Shown here: piece after piece, positions 10,503 through 20,550 of the stretch
Position numbering within the stretch: position 1 is the first letter of the stretch
Layout of the letters: each line of letters opens with the position of its first letter
From: Anaerohalosphaeraceae bacterium
GTDB lineage: Bacteria; Planctomycetota; Phycisphaerae; Sedimentisphaerales; Anaerohalosphaeraceae
Direction: 5' to 3'
Assembly (NCBI GenBank): GCA_963675525.2
Contig: CAXXSL010000011.1
Coordinates: 352,001 to 416,000 of the forward strand
Length of the DNA: 64,000 nucleotides
Notes under the pieces: generated by a model
Databases searched by the model: none
The model's input: only the letters and a program-made list of their open reading frames with translations
What the model was told of the DNA's origin: nothing
Translations under genes and position numbers: made by a program

Positions 10503-11216
10503 TTATTTCTTTCGTATAAAAAAACCACCCAAGCCCAGCAACAGAAGTGTCGCCGGTTCCGGAATCCCATCGGGGATCATCTCCAGCGAAGGCGTTCCAC
10601 TGTAAATATCCTGATTGAATCCGGATATATTATACGGTGAACATGTATTAAAATCCCATACCGCCCGAAAATCGAGCATTCTTAAAAGGGAGCCATTGAC
10701 CAACTCGCCGCCTGTGATCTCATAATGTGTATCCCCAAGGAAATGATCTTCATAAGCACCGGTTTCCGTGACCAGCCACATATTATCGTCATCATTCATC
10801 GCAGCAGTTAACAGTACAACACCCCCGGGATTCGTTGTTGGATTAATGATTTCAGTGGAAGTTGCGTTTTCTGTCAGCGTGGTGGCAATAATGGTCATTG
10901 TAGCTGATGAATTCGTAAAGATGGCCTGAGCCTGTGCCCCCGATGGATTCTTATAGATCAGATCGCTCTCGGTTACGACAATCGTCCCGGTAAAGGAGTA
11001 ATCCCAACCGCCTCCGGCGACATGGAAACTGCCGATATCAACTGTCACTTCACTTCCACCGGTTGTATTCGACAAACCAAACTGCTGAGAAGCATTGTCA
11101 AAGAAATAACATTCCCCTACATCCAAATCGACGGAATCAACGTATAATAATGCAAAAGAGGGAAGTGTAACTATAGACATGCATACTAAAACAAACAAAA
11201 ATACATTTCTTTTCAT
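10503..11216 (-). CDS. PEP-CTERM sorting-domain surface protein
   Basis: Signal peptide; C-terminus IPEPATLLLLGLGGFFIRKK. Confidence 0.92.
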   Translation of the reverse strand: MKRNVFLFVLVCMSIVTLPSFALLYVDSVDLDVGECYFFDNASQQFGLSNTTGGSEVTVDIGSFHVAGGGWDYSFTGTIVVTESDLIYKNPSGAQAQAIFTNSSATMTIIATTLTENATSTEIINPTTNPGGVVLLTAAMNDDDNMWLVTETGAYEDHFLGDTHYEITGGELVNGSLLRMLDFRAVWDFNTCSPYNISGFNQDIYSGTPSLEMIPDGIPEPATLLLLGLGGFFIRKK

Positions 11217-11383
11217 CTTTCCATCCTCCAGTCATTAAATTGCCTCATTTTGGCAAAACTATCTGTTCTCCAACAGACGATATCTTTCCACAGTCTCAAT
11301 TATAGCTAAAGTCAAATCTTACACAAGGGAAAAAACCTTTTTTTTATTATTTTTTAAAAATACCGTATTTACCACGGTTTTTT

Positions 11384-13252
11384 TTAGTACGAATACAATA
11401 TATTTCTCAAAACAACGATATCACGGATATTGTTACATCCATCCTGATTCAGATCGCAAAGGTCGTAATATCGTTCCCTTTTTTCGGGAATAGAATCGTA
11501 TAAACCCGGGTTTCCTCCCGAAAGATTAAGGTTTCGTAAAGATACCATGTCGCGAATATTAACCACGCCATCCCTGTTCACATCTCCGGTAATCGGTTCC
11601 CAAACCTGGTCTTCTCCCGGCCCGTAACAAATCCGCATTAACGGATCCCCAATCGCCACCTCCGACCAGCTTAGATATGGAATTGCCGAATATGCCGCTT
11701 CCACAAAAGTCAGGTCTGCGATGTTATCCTGATCCCGGTCGGCTAATAAATTATAAAACAGGAATCCATTATCGATGGCCGCATCGGCTTGAGGTTCAAA
11801 TGCATGTCCAATCGCTCCGCTGCCGCCAATTTCTATAAAATCTACGATTTTCGCCTGGGAGGTCGTCTGGTCAGAAAACATCGTCACCGCATTAAAACTT
11901 TCCAGAGATGTAAACACCGCTCCATTTACTAATGTAAAGGGAGGTCCCCCCTCCACACCTCCGACAAACAAATAATCTTTATTCCGCCCTTCATCACCAT
12001 TGGTTCCAAAACAGGAATATACAATCACCCCCTGTGGTTCTACCCGATTCGGAAAATAGGGATAGAGTGAATTTAAATCAGATTGGTTCGACGAAACATA
12101 ATTCCGATAGTCCAGTATAACCGGCAATTGATGCATATCCGGCGAAAACCCCATGTACAATGAGCTCTCTTCGTAGTATTCAATCGCCAAATTGTTAAAC
12201 GCTTCCACATAATCATCTTTTACACAATTTCCGTAGGCATCCGGCGGGGATGGCTGGCCCCCGACGTATTCCCAAAAAACGGCGGTGGAATTATTTAAAT
12301 TAAAAACACGGTTGTAATCAAAGTTTCCGGAAGGTGCAAGAGGCGCATCATCCAGCATAGCAGCCGCCTGATTCGGATTGACTCCAAGAGTCGGAACACT
12401 TGCCCGGGACGATCTTTCCAGGATTTCCCGCACAGCGAATATTGCGCTTTTGCCTTGCTGTTTGGGTCCATCCAGACGGCATACCAGATACATATGTCCC
12501 GGCCCAAATTTACGGTTGATGGTTCCATATCCATAAGGGGTACCTTCCATATATGGAGGGGCAACGCCGGGTTTCAGGGACAGAGCGTAACACCAGTTCA
12601 TAGCATCGCCGCTCGGTAGGTCTCTGGCGAAAAGGTCAAATTGGCTTCGACAGCCTTGATAAGGATTGACAATCCGGTTTTGCAGCCCTGCCGGATTCGA
12701 ACCGTAGTCACTATACCACAAGCAGGTCAACTCCGATTCGACCGAAGCAGCATCCACCTGTTCTTCTGCATTCATCACAATCGTCCAATCGGATCCTCCG
12801 GGATAGACGACATTGGCAAAACCAGATTTGGTATCTTCGATGCGATACGGCACACCGGCGGTCGTTACAATCACCATGACCTGATCAAGCAGTTCATGGT
12901 CAAGCAAGTGCTGACGGACAGGCTCGGCAATGCAGCTATTATACACATCCCGCGTGATGATTTCGTTTGCGGCCGTGCTGGTCGGTCCACTGCAGTCGGC
13001 CAGACCGCTCAACTGAAGCACTTGATTATCCTGAATCGACGGATAATACTCACGATACATTTTTACAACATATTGACTGGTCGCACTGTTCTGATTAACA
13101 AGAATCAGCACATTTTCCGGACCAAGATCTGCAGAAACAATCGATATGAAGACAAAAAAGAGTAGAAAAACATACAGCGGAAATGGGCACACACCTCGAA
13201 CACAGCTCCCCCCGAAGCCAATCTCTCTCCGGTTCCTCATATTATAGACCAC
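11384..13252 (-). CDS. TIGR03790-like secreted protein with C-terminal dockerin
   Basis: LGPENVLILVN, ASVESEL, YLVCRLDGP, GAIGHAFEP, TFVEAAYSAIPYLSW..VAIGDPL; duplicated Ca-binding repeats GDVNRDGVVNIRD / DLNQDGCNNIRD. Confidence 0.75.
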   Translation of the reverse strand: MVYNMRNRREIGFGGSCVRGVCPFPLYVFLLFFVFISIVSADLGPENVLILVNQNSATSQYVVKMYREYYPSIQDNQVLQLSGLADCSGPTSTAANEIITRDVYNSCIAEPVRQHLLDHELLDQVMVIVTTAGVPYRIEDTKSGFANVVYPGGSDWTIVMNAEEQVDAASVESELTCLWYSDYGSNPAGLQNRIVNPYQGCRSQFDLFARDLPSGDAMNWCYALSLKPGVAPPYMEGTPYGYGTINRKFGPGHMYLVCRLDGPKQQGKSAIFAVREILERSSRASVPTLGVNPNQAAAMLDDAPLAPSGNFDYNRVFNLNNSTAVFWEYVGGQPSPPDAYGNCVKDDYVEAFNNLAIEYYEESSLYMGFSPDMHQLPVILDYRNYVSSNQSDLNSLYPYFPNRVEPQGVIVYSCFGTNGDEGRNKDYLFVGGVEGGPPFTLVNGAVFTSLESFNAVTMFSDQTTSQAKIVDFIEIGGSGAIGHAFEPQADAAIDNGFLFYNLLADRDQDNIADLTFVEAAYSAIPYLSWSEVAIGDPLMRICYGPGEDQVWEPITGDVNRDGVVNIRDMVSLRNLNLSGGNPGLYDSIPEKRERYYDLCDLNQDGCNNIRDIVVLRNILYSY

Positions 13253-13368
13253 CCTCTCCTCTTATCCTTCCTCAACCTCACCCACCAACCGATGTAAACC
13301 TCCAGATTACACCGCCACGTCAATCATAAACAGAGATTTAACAACGAAAGGGACACCGCCAACTTATA

Positions 13369-13968
13369 TTACCCTCTTTTACGGCGGAAATACCCCATTG
13401 CAGTTAAACCTGATAAAATCAATATACTTGTCGGTTCCGGCAGAACGCTGATCTGTCCGACAGAATTGACCTCGTCAAAAACAACGTTACCAAAACTGGC
13501 ATCATACATTACCGAAAAATCATTCAAATCACCCAGGATATTCGTTAAAGAATATTGAACCGCTCCAGGTGCAATGGCTTGGATTTGGAAATTAAATAAT
13601 TCTGAATAGCCCACTCCGGCGTTTGATACAGACACAGCACCAGATATCAACCCGGACGCATCAATATTCCCATTCGATCCAAGGTTCATCGAATAACCTG
13701 AATTGCCAACATCAAGAGGCGTCGGCTCTAAAATAACTGCACCATTAACCTGAACGATCCCGTCTACATCCACAACAGCGCTGACTGACCAATCATAAAG
13801 ACCGTTATCTGCGACGGCCTCTTCGGCGTATCCATACACACGCAGTGTCGTCGGTTGACCGATAGTCAGATCGGTATCATCAGCAGTGATTCTCACGATT
13901 AGATTAGCATTTGAAAGTGAACACAGAAGGAATACAGAAAGGATACAAAAAAGCGCTTTTTTCTTCAT
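13369..13968 (-). CDS. PEP-CTERM protein with a cohesin-like beta-sandwich domain
   Basis: AAGGAG SD before MKKKALF signal peptide; IGQPTTLRVY ... ELFNFQIQAIAPGAVQYSL resembles cohesin strands; C-terminus VLPEPTSILILSGLTAMGYFRRKRG. CDS and PEP-CTERM are firm, cohesin is tentative. Confidence 0.8.
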   Translation of the reverse strand: MKKKALFCILSVFLLCSLSNANLIVRITADDTDLTIGQPTTLRVYGYAEEAVADNGLYDWSVSAVVDVDGIVQVNGAVILEPTPLDVGNSGYSMNLGSNGNIDASGLISGAVSVSNAGVGYSELFNFQIQAIAPGAVQYSLTNILGDLNDFSVMYDASFGNVVFDEVNSVGQISVLPEPTSILILSGLTAMGYFRRKRG

Positions 13969-14304
13969 CACCACATTCTCCTTATAGACAATATTCATAT
14001 ACTGAACAATACCTCTTACACTGTCTCTTTCCTCCTGCATGACTGCATAAACAGTATCGCACTCATATATGTGTATGATAATAACCACTTTTGAATAAAA
14101 AAGCAAGAAAAATCAAAAAAAAATATTTCGTTATGAAATTACGAAAAAGTTTATCTGTTTTATGTTGTTTTTGAGCTGATAATTAAGCTTTTTTTGACAC
14201 AAACAGGCTTTCAAAAGATAAAAATATAGGTTAAAATGTTTTTTATATAAATGTTTTTGAACAGAAATGGACTTATATTGTCTTTTTTCGGGGAAAATCA
14301 GCTT

Positions 14305-15441
14305 ATGGAACAGACCTACTCGCCTGATGTAAAAGTGTACCCTGCCGGAGAAGGCGCATTTCTCAGTATCGCCGATATGCTGGCTTATTTCGAGAAAATG
14401 GGGGCTATGCGTGTCTCCGACCTGCATATCAAGATCGGCACCCAGCCTGCCTACCGCATCGATGGTGAACTGGTCCGTCTCAAAGGCGGCGTGGTAACCC
14501 AGCCCATTGCCGAACAGCTCATCTATCCCCTGCTTGGCGAAAAGAATGTCGAGTACCTTAAGCGTGACCTTGCTGTGGACTGCTCACATAAATTCGGCAC
14601 ACTCCAATATCGTATTAATGCGTTCAAGGAAAATGACGGGCTGGCCTGTGCAATCCGGGCCCTTGGAACCGACATTCCCGAGCCGGAAAAAATCGGTTTT
14701 CCGAACGACGCATGGCAAGATATCGTCCGGCGTAAACATGGATTGATCCTTTTTACCGGTATCACGGGTGCAGGCAAAAGCACCACCATTGCTTCGCTGA
14801 TTCACCGCATTAATCAAAACCGCGCCTGCCGGGTCCTTACATTAGAGGATCCGATCGAATATATCTTTACGCAAAAAAACTCGATGATCTCTCAGCGCGA
14901 ACTGGGGCGGGATGTGGATACGTTTACGCACGGTCTTCGCTCGATGATGCGGGAGGACCCCGATATCATCTTCGTCGGTGAGATGCGGGACGCCGAAACA
15001 GTGGCGCTGACGCTGACCGCCGCCGAAACGGGCCACCTGGTCTTCTCGACCCTGCACACGCGCGACGTGACCGGAACGATCACGCGAATCCTTGACTTTT
15101 TCCCGCACCAGAAACAGGATGAAGTGCGTAACCAACTCTCGCTCGGGCTGGAATACATCATCTGTCAAAAACTGATCCCCAATCAGGAAGGCAACGGCCG
15201 GGTCGTTGCGATGGAGATCCTCAACAGCAACTATGCGATTGCCAACCTGATCCGAAAAGGGAAAATTGAGCAGATCTATTCGCAAATGCAGGTCAAAACC
15301 AAGGATCAGGCGGACGAACGAATGATCACGTTAGAACGTCACCTGGCTGTTTTGGTCAAACAAGGAAAAGTTGATGTCCTCGAAGCCGAGAAATGGGCCA
15401 ATGACATAAAAAGTTTTCAGGATGCCTTGAAAACCGCATGA
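14305..15441 (+). CDS. pilT: PilT/PilU-family type IV pilus retraction ATPase
   Basis: SDLHIK, TGITGAGKSTT, TLEDPIEY, QRELG, MREDPDIIFVGEMRD, AAETGHLVFSTLHT. Confidence 0.88.
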   Translation: MEQTYSPDVKVYPAGEGAFLSIADMLAYFEKMGAMRVSDLHIKIGTQPAYRIDGELVRLKGGVVTQPIAEQLIYPLLGEKNVEYLKRDLAVDCSHKFGTLQYRINAFKENDGLACAIRALGTDIPEPEKIGFPNDAWQDIVRRKHGLILFTGITGAGKSTTIASLIHRINQNRACRVLTLEDPIEYIFTQKNSMISQRELGRDVDTFTHGLRSMMREDPDIIFVGEMRDAETVALTLTAAETGHLVFSTLHTRDVTGTITRILDFFPHQKQDEVRNQLSLGLEYIICQKLIPNQEGNGRVVAMEILNSNYAIANLIRKGKIEQIYSQMQVKTKDQADERMITLERHLAVLVKQGKVDVLEAEKWANDIKSFQDALKTA

Positions 15442-15469
15442 TTCTGCTGATCAAAGATTCACTTTTTTA

Positions 15470-17110
15470 TTACTGAGCAGAATCAGGGCTTTCCGGTTCG
15501 TTTTGCTCGTCCTTCTTTTTGATATTGACAGGCACGTCAAGAGTGAATGTCGACCCTTTGCCAAGTTTGCTTTCCAGTGAAATCGTGGCGGCTAACAGAT
15601 CGGCAAGCTGTTTGCAAATCGCCAATCCCAGCCCGGTTCCTTCTCCCCGGCGGGTAATCGAACCGTCCAACTGCCTGAATTTTTCGAAGATATGTAACTG
15701 CGATTCGGGTGAAATACCCGGACCGGTATCCGTCACCGAAATACGCACCGTCGTATCATCGCGCATCGATGCCTTCAACTGGATGCGTCCCCGCTCCGGT
15801 GTAAACTTGATTGCGTTACTCAACAGGTTATACAATATCTGCTGGAGCTTCTGAGCATCGGTCTGCACCAGCGGAAGATCGTCGGCGACATCCATACGGA
15901 CCTTGATCATTTTTTGCTCGGTCAGCGGCGAAAAGAACGCCGACAGCCCTTCCAGCACCTGCGGGATGCTTGTCTTATCGATGCGCAGCTCCATCTTACC
16001 GGCTTCGGCTTTGGCCAGGTCCAGCAGGTCGTTAATCATATTCAGCAAGCTGCGCCCCGATGCAACAATGTTCTCGGCCCAGCGTTTTGATTTTTCCACA
16101 TCGGCGGCAGGCTTTTCCCGCAAGAGTTCGGCAAATCCCAGGATGGCGTTCAACGGCGTACGGAATTCGTGCGACATATTGGCAAGAAATTCGCTTTTGA
16201 GTTTGTTGGCTTTATACAACTCGATATTCTTTTCGGAAAGCTGAGAAATCTTGGCGTCAAGCTGCTCGTTGGCGCCCTCCAGCTTATGCTGAGATTCCAT
16301 CAGGTTATCAAGCATGTGATTGAACGCTTCCGAGAGCCGCTCGTATTCATCGCCGGTCTGGATCGTACTGCGGATGTCATAGTTTCCCTCGGCAATATTA
16401 TTGACCTGCGAACGAAGTTGGCGAATCGGCCTGAGTATCACACGCTGAAAAATCGTATAGAACGCCACCATCGCCCCGGTTGCCGCCAGCAATCCGGCAA
16501 CCACCACCCACAAGCGGTTCATGAAACGCGCCCAGGCTAATCCCTCCGCAGACATCCCAACGACCAGAATCCCCACTTCCTGATTCTTATTGTAAACCGT
16601 CGCAGCCAATCCCTGTTCGGCATGACACTGCAGACAGCTTTCTTCCGCCCGCACCAGACGAATATAATGCCCCTTCCCATTTTCATGGTCGATCCACGCC
16701 TCGTCGTTGACATCGGCATCGGAGCGAATGATCTCAATTTTATTTTTCTGCGTTTCTGTCAGAGAATCGGGGAGATTTTCAGGACTCTTGTCGGTGAGGA
16801 ACCATGAAATAACCCGGTCCGATTCATTCGCCAGAATCCCCTTATCTGACAGTGGCGGCAATCCTTTATCATCCACCGTGTTCAGTTGGAAATGGGATTC
16901 ATATACGGCCTGTCCGACAGCCCTCCCGGAGTCCAGGGCTGTCTTTTCCGTCAGTTTATTCATCCAGAAATAAGGAATCAGCAATGCAAGAACGAGGCTG
17001 AACAGCACGGCGGCGCCAAACTGCAGACGGCATTTTTCCGCCAACGACAGCGATTTTCGACGGGTCGCCTGCCAAACATCTCTAATGATATGGACTAACG
17101 CCTGCGGCAT
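15470..17110 (-). CDS. membrane sensor histidine kinase (periplasmic CxxCH heme-type domain, HAMP, HisKA, HATPase)
   Basis: Two TM helices, CLQCH, FLANMSHEFRTPLN, NLLSNAIKFT, DTGPGI, GTGLGL. Confidence 0.9.
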   Translation of the reverse strand: MPQALVHIIRDVWQATRRKSLSLAEKCRLQFGAAVLFSLVLALLIPYFWMNKLTEKTALDSGRAVGQAVYESHFQLNTVDDKGLPPLSDKGILANESDRVISWFLTDKSPENLPDSLTETQKNKIEIIRSDADVNDEAWIDHENGKGHYIRLVRAEESCLQCHAEQGLAATVYNKNQEVGILVVGMSAEGLAWARFMNRLWVVVAGLLAATGAMVAFYTIFQRVILRPIRQLRSQVNNIAEGNYDIRSTIQTGDEYERLSEAFNHMLDNLMESQHKLEGANEQLDAKISQLSEKNIELYKANKLKSEFLANMSHEFRTPLNAILGFAELLREKPAADVEKSKRWAENIVASGRSLLNMINDLLDLAKAEAGKMELRIDKTSIPQVLEGLSAFFSPLTEQKMIKVRMDVADDLPLVQTDAQKLQQILYNLLSNAIKFTPERGRIQLKASMRDDTTVRISVTDTGPGISPESQLHIFEKFRQLDGSITRRGEGTGLGLAICKQLADLLAATISLESKLGKGSTFTLDVPVNIKKKDEQNEPESPDSAQ

Positions 17111-17168
17111 TTTTATCCCTTGTTCTGAAAGACTCGCCTCCTGCGGTCCCGATACAGGTTATCCGCTG

Positions 17169-18972
17169 TTATTCGTTTTCAAGCTGATGGAGATGTTTTT
17201 GAACACGCAGATTCAGTTCATCCAGTTGTGACTGGTCCACATCGGACGGCGCTTCGGTCAGCAGACACTGGCCGCGTTGCGTTTTCGGAAACGCGATGAC
17301 GTCGCGGATATTTTCCGTTCCCGTCAGCAGCATCACCAACCGGTCCAGCCCGAACGCGATGCCTCCGTGCGGCGGGGCGCCGTATTCCAGTGCTCGCAGA
17401 AAGAAGCCGAAACGTTCCTGTGCCTGCTTCTTGGAAATGTTCAACAAGTCGAACACCTTGGCCTGTATATCGGGACGGTGAATACGAACCGACCCCCCGC
17501 CGACTTCCGACCCGTTGACGACCAGGTCGTAGGCCTGCGAACGAATATGACCGGGGTCCGTTTCCAGTTTGCCCATATCCTCTTCGACCGGACAGGTAAA
17601 CGGATGGTGCAGCGAATCGAACCGCTTGTCGTCTTCGTTCCACTCAAACAGCGGGAAATCCACGACCCACACAAATTTAAATTCTTTCGGGTCAAACAAC
17701 TCAAGTTCACGACCTAATCGAACACGCAACGGCGCTAACGCCTTATGTACCACATCAGCCTTGTCGGCGACGAACAGCATCAGGTCACCTTCATTAGCGC
17801 CAAACCGCTCGACCAACTGCGCCAGTTGTTCTTCCGTAAAGAACTTCGCAATACTGCTCTTCGGCATAACCTTGCCGGACTCATCTTTTTCGATTTTCAT
17901 CCACGCCAGCCCCTTGGCGCCATAGTCGCTGACAAATCCGGTCATCGTTTTTTCGATGTCGCTGCGGGAATATTTCGCCCCGCCCGGGGCACACAACCCC
18001 TTGACAATACCGCCCTTTTCAACGGTCGAGGTGAACACCTTGAAGGTGGTGTCTTTAGCGATATCGGAAATATCTTTAAGCTTCATCTCAAACCGCATGT
18101 CCGGCCGGTCAATGCCGTACTCGTCGATGGCCTGAGCATAACAGATACGCGGAATCGGCAGCGCCACATCGACGTCCAGTACTTCCTTAAAGATGCGGGC
18201 GATCACGCCTTCGTTCATCGCCATCACATCGTCTTCATCCACGAAAGCTCATCTCCACGTCGATTTGCGTAAACTCCGCCTGCCGGTCGGCTCGCGGGTC
18301 CTCATCGCGGAAACAGCGGACGATCTGGAAATAGCGGTCGGTGTTGGACACCATCAATATCTGCTTGAACAACTGCGGCGACTGCGGCAAGGCGTAAAAC
18401 GCGCCTTCGCACAAACGGCTCGGCACCAGAAAATCGCGTGCCCCTTCCGGCGTACTCTTGCCGAGCATCGGCGTTTCGATTTCCCAGAAACCGTTCTCGT
18501 CGTAATAGTCCCGCACGATTTTGGTCACCCGGTGGCGAACCGCCAACTTATTGAGCATGGCCGGACGACGCAGGTCGATGTAGCGGTATTGCAGACGCAG
18601 TTCCTCGTTGACTGCCTCGGCCGTATCGATTTCGAACGGCGGCGTCTTGGCGGTGTTCAGAACCTCCAGTTCTTTGACAAGCAGTTCGATTTGACCGGTC
18701 GCCAGTTTCGGGTTTTCCAGGCCTTCGCCGCGGGGTCGAACGGTGCCTTTGGCGGCGATAACCCACTCGCACCGCAGGGTACGGGAGATTTTGTGGGCCT
18801 CCGGGGCCGCTTCAGGGTCAAACACAAGCTGCACAAGCCCGTTTCGGTCGCGCAGGTCGATAAATACCAGATTTCCGTGGTCCCGATATGAGTTCACCCA
18901 ACCGGACAGAATGACGGTTTGGGTATCATTTTCAAGTCTCAATTGGCCGCAATTGTGCGTTCGTTTCAGCAT
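17169..18972 (-). CDS. aspS: aspartate--tRNA ligase, interrupted by a single +1 frameshift at 18244-18246 (600 aa if corrected)
   Basis: N-part [62 protein letters not shown]-part [51 protein letters not shown]. Confidence 0.95.
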
Positions 18973-19014
18973 AGCTATCCCTTTTTCACAAATTTGGTGA
19001 TTTTCAAAGGCGTT

Positions 19015-19043
19015 AAGATACCCGAAACCCCCCTGCCCGTCAA
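19015..19043 (-). promoter_or_regulatory. sigma70-type promoter of aspS
   Basis: TTGACG-17-TATCTT about 40 nt upstream of the ATG. Confidence 0.5.
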
Positions 19044-19120
19044 CGATATTCCCGATAACGCCCTCAAAACGGCAATTTGCGGGACGGATTTTTTGGGGTA
19101 GCGGCAATGCGATGTTTCTG

Positions 19121-19149
19121 TTGACATCTTGATTCCGGTTGGCTACATT
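19121..19149 (+). promoter_or_regulatory. sigma70-type promoter of the small membrane protein gene
   Basis: TTGACA-17-TACATT. Confidence 0.5.
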
Positions 19150-19202
19150 ATTGATGAACAGGGTTGTGTTTATGTTAACCAAAGAAGAAAGAAGAGGGCC
19201 TT

Positions 19203-19409
19203 ATGGGTAAAAAAATTCTGCTGGCATTACGGGGCACGGCGATGATCGCCACTCTGGTTCTTGCGGTAATCGCAATCCTTTATGTGCTTGATATTTTCTC
19301 CGGGGAATACCTCCGCAATCTGGCTATCAAAACCATGGAAATCGTGGGAATCCTGACAGGTGTTTCACTGATCATCATCTTCCTGGTCGGCAATCACGAA
19401 AAGCCGTAA
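19203..19409 (+). CDS. small two-TM membrane protein, function unknown
   Basis: GAGG SD, two hydrophobic helices, upstream promoter. Confidence 0.7.
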   Translation: MGKKILLALRGTAMIATLVLAVIAILYVLDIFSGEYLRNLAIKTMEIVGILTGVSLIIIFLVGNHEKP

Positions 19410-19455
19410 CACAAGCGGTTTAACATTCGACCATCAGTTCGTCAGGCCAAGCTAT

Positions 19456-19507
19456 AGTGACCCCCAGCTTGTCGAGCTGGTGCTCTAGCCAACTGAGCTA
19501 AACGCCC
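19456..19507 (-). pseudogene. 3'-truncated tRNA-Val(GAC): 5' acceptor strand, D-arm, anticodon arm and variable loop only
   Basis: GGGCGTT-TA-GCTC AGTTGGCTA GAGC-A-CCAGC TCGACAA GCTGG-GGGTC-ACT, then no TTCGA loop and no AACGCCC 3' acceptor strand. Confidence 0.85.
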
Positions 19508-19534
19508 TCAAATGACATAAGTCATTAAGACGGA

Positions 19535-19565
19535 AATATATATACCAAAAGAAGGCATTTGTCAA
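19535..19565 (-). promoter_or_regulatory. promoter upstream of the tRNA-Val fragment
   Basis: TTGACA followed at about 17-19 nt by TATATATT. Confidence 0.5.
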
Positions 19566-19730
19566 GGGGGAAAATTACAGGGAGAAATGCCTCTCTGCGG
19601 TCTGATAGCGGTAAACTCAAATGGTCTTTTGTTGAATATTCAGGATGGGAGTGGTAGAATATGGCATATGAGCCATGATGGTTTGAGGGAAAAGGGTTAA
19701 TCATGTTCTGTAACCGTTTAAAGGGTAAAG

Positions 19731-20141
19731 GTGAGCGAAATGATGGACAGATTTCAAACTATTATTATCTGTAGCATATTGTTTTGCCAGTTGAGTTGCA
19801 ATATGCCAAAACCATCACCCTATTTAGAGAAAGCAAGGATTGAGTATTACTCGAGTTTGGCAGAGCAATTAATTACTCGGGAGTTTCCTTATATTGATTT
19901 TGAAGACTTTCTTTGCTGTGATATATGGAAGGATGAGAGCAATAATACTCATATAAGTTACTCCAGAGACTCTGACAGAGAAGAGTTTGAAGGACAATTA
20001 AATTATTGTCATGACGATTTTATTAGAGAGACAATAACAGTTGTTATAACAGAGTCCAAAGAGATGCTATCTGTTTCAATTAAAAAACAAAGGAGGAGTC
20101 CTGAGTGTATCGATGGGCTTGAGGGCTTGACAGTTGAGTAG
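19731..20141 (+). CDS. hypothetical protein, possible lipoprotein, AT-rich
   Basis: 136-aa ORF with hydrophobic N-terminus ending QLS-C; codon usage unlike the flanking core genes. Confidence 0.55.
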   Translation: MSEMMDRFQTIIICSILFCQLSCNMPKPSPYLEKARIEYYSSLAEQLITREFPYIDFEDFLCCDIWKDESNNTHISYSRDSDREEFEGQLNYCHDDFIRETITVVITESKEMLSVSIKKQRRSPECIDGLEGLTVE

Positions 20142-20154
20142 AGGCGATTTCATA

Positions 20155-20318
20155 TCACTCCCCCATCAACTCATCCAACACCTGCCTTGCCTTGTCCCTG
20201 TTGGCATCACTGACCTCATGCTATAATACTCGTGCAGGGTTTGGAGGTTTCGACCAACCACCTAACTCACAGAGGGTCTTGGGAGCAATCCCGTTCTGGA
20301 GCCGGATTACATACTCAT
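20155..20318 (-). pseudogene. tyrosine recombinase/integrase 3' remnant, copy 1 (frameshifted, native stop retained)
   Basis: Minus-strand pieces NGIAPKTLCELGGWS / TLHEYY / EVSDANRDKARQVLDELMGE*. Confidence 0.8.
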
Positions 20319-20361
20319 CCCTTCTGATCAGGACAAAACCGCTCTTGTAACTGTTTTTCCA

Positions 20362-20390
20362 TTGACACGATTGAGTGATGATGCTATATT
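20362..20390 (+). promoter_or_regulatory. sigma70-type promoter for the GH43-PL9 pair
   Basis: TTGACA-17-TATATT with extended -10 TG. Confidence 0.55.
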
Positions 20391-20550
20391 ATTTATATTG
20401 GCTTTTAACAGTGGGGGTTTTGCTCATAATGACTATATATTCTGTTCGTTTTTTTTTATTCCGGCATGTTTGGGATCAATCCGTTTCGCATGGAATGAAA
20501 ATAATTGATAACGAATGGATGGAAAAATTCACTCCGGGAGACGGATAGTG

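Noticed and set aside
13969..14304. Sigma-54 / PEP-CTERM enhancer box upstream of the PEP-CTERM cluster
   Set aside because: AT-rich, but no clear -24/-12 or enhancer motif could be identified.
18193..18891. 232-aa plus-strand ORF spanning the aspS break
   Set aside because: Antisense shadow of aspS.
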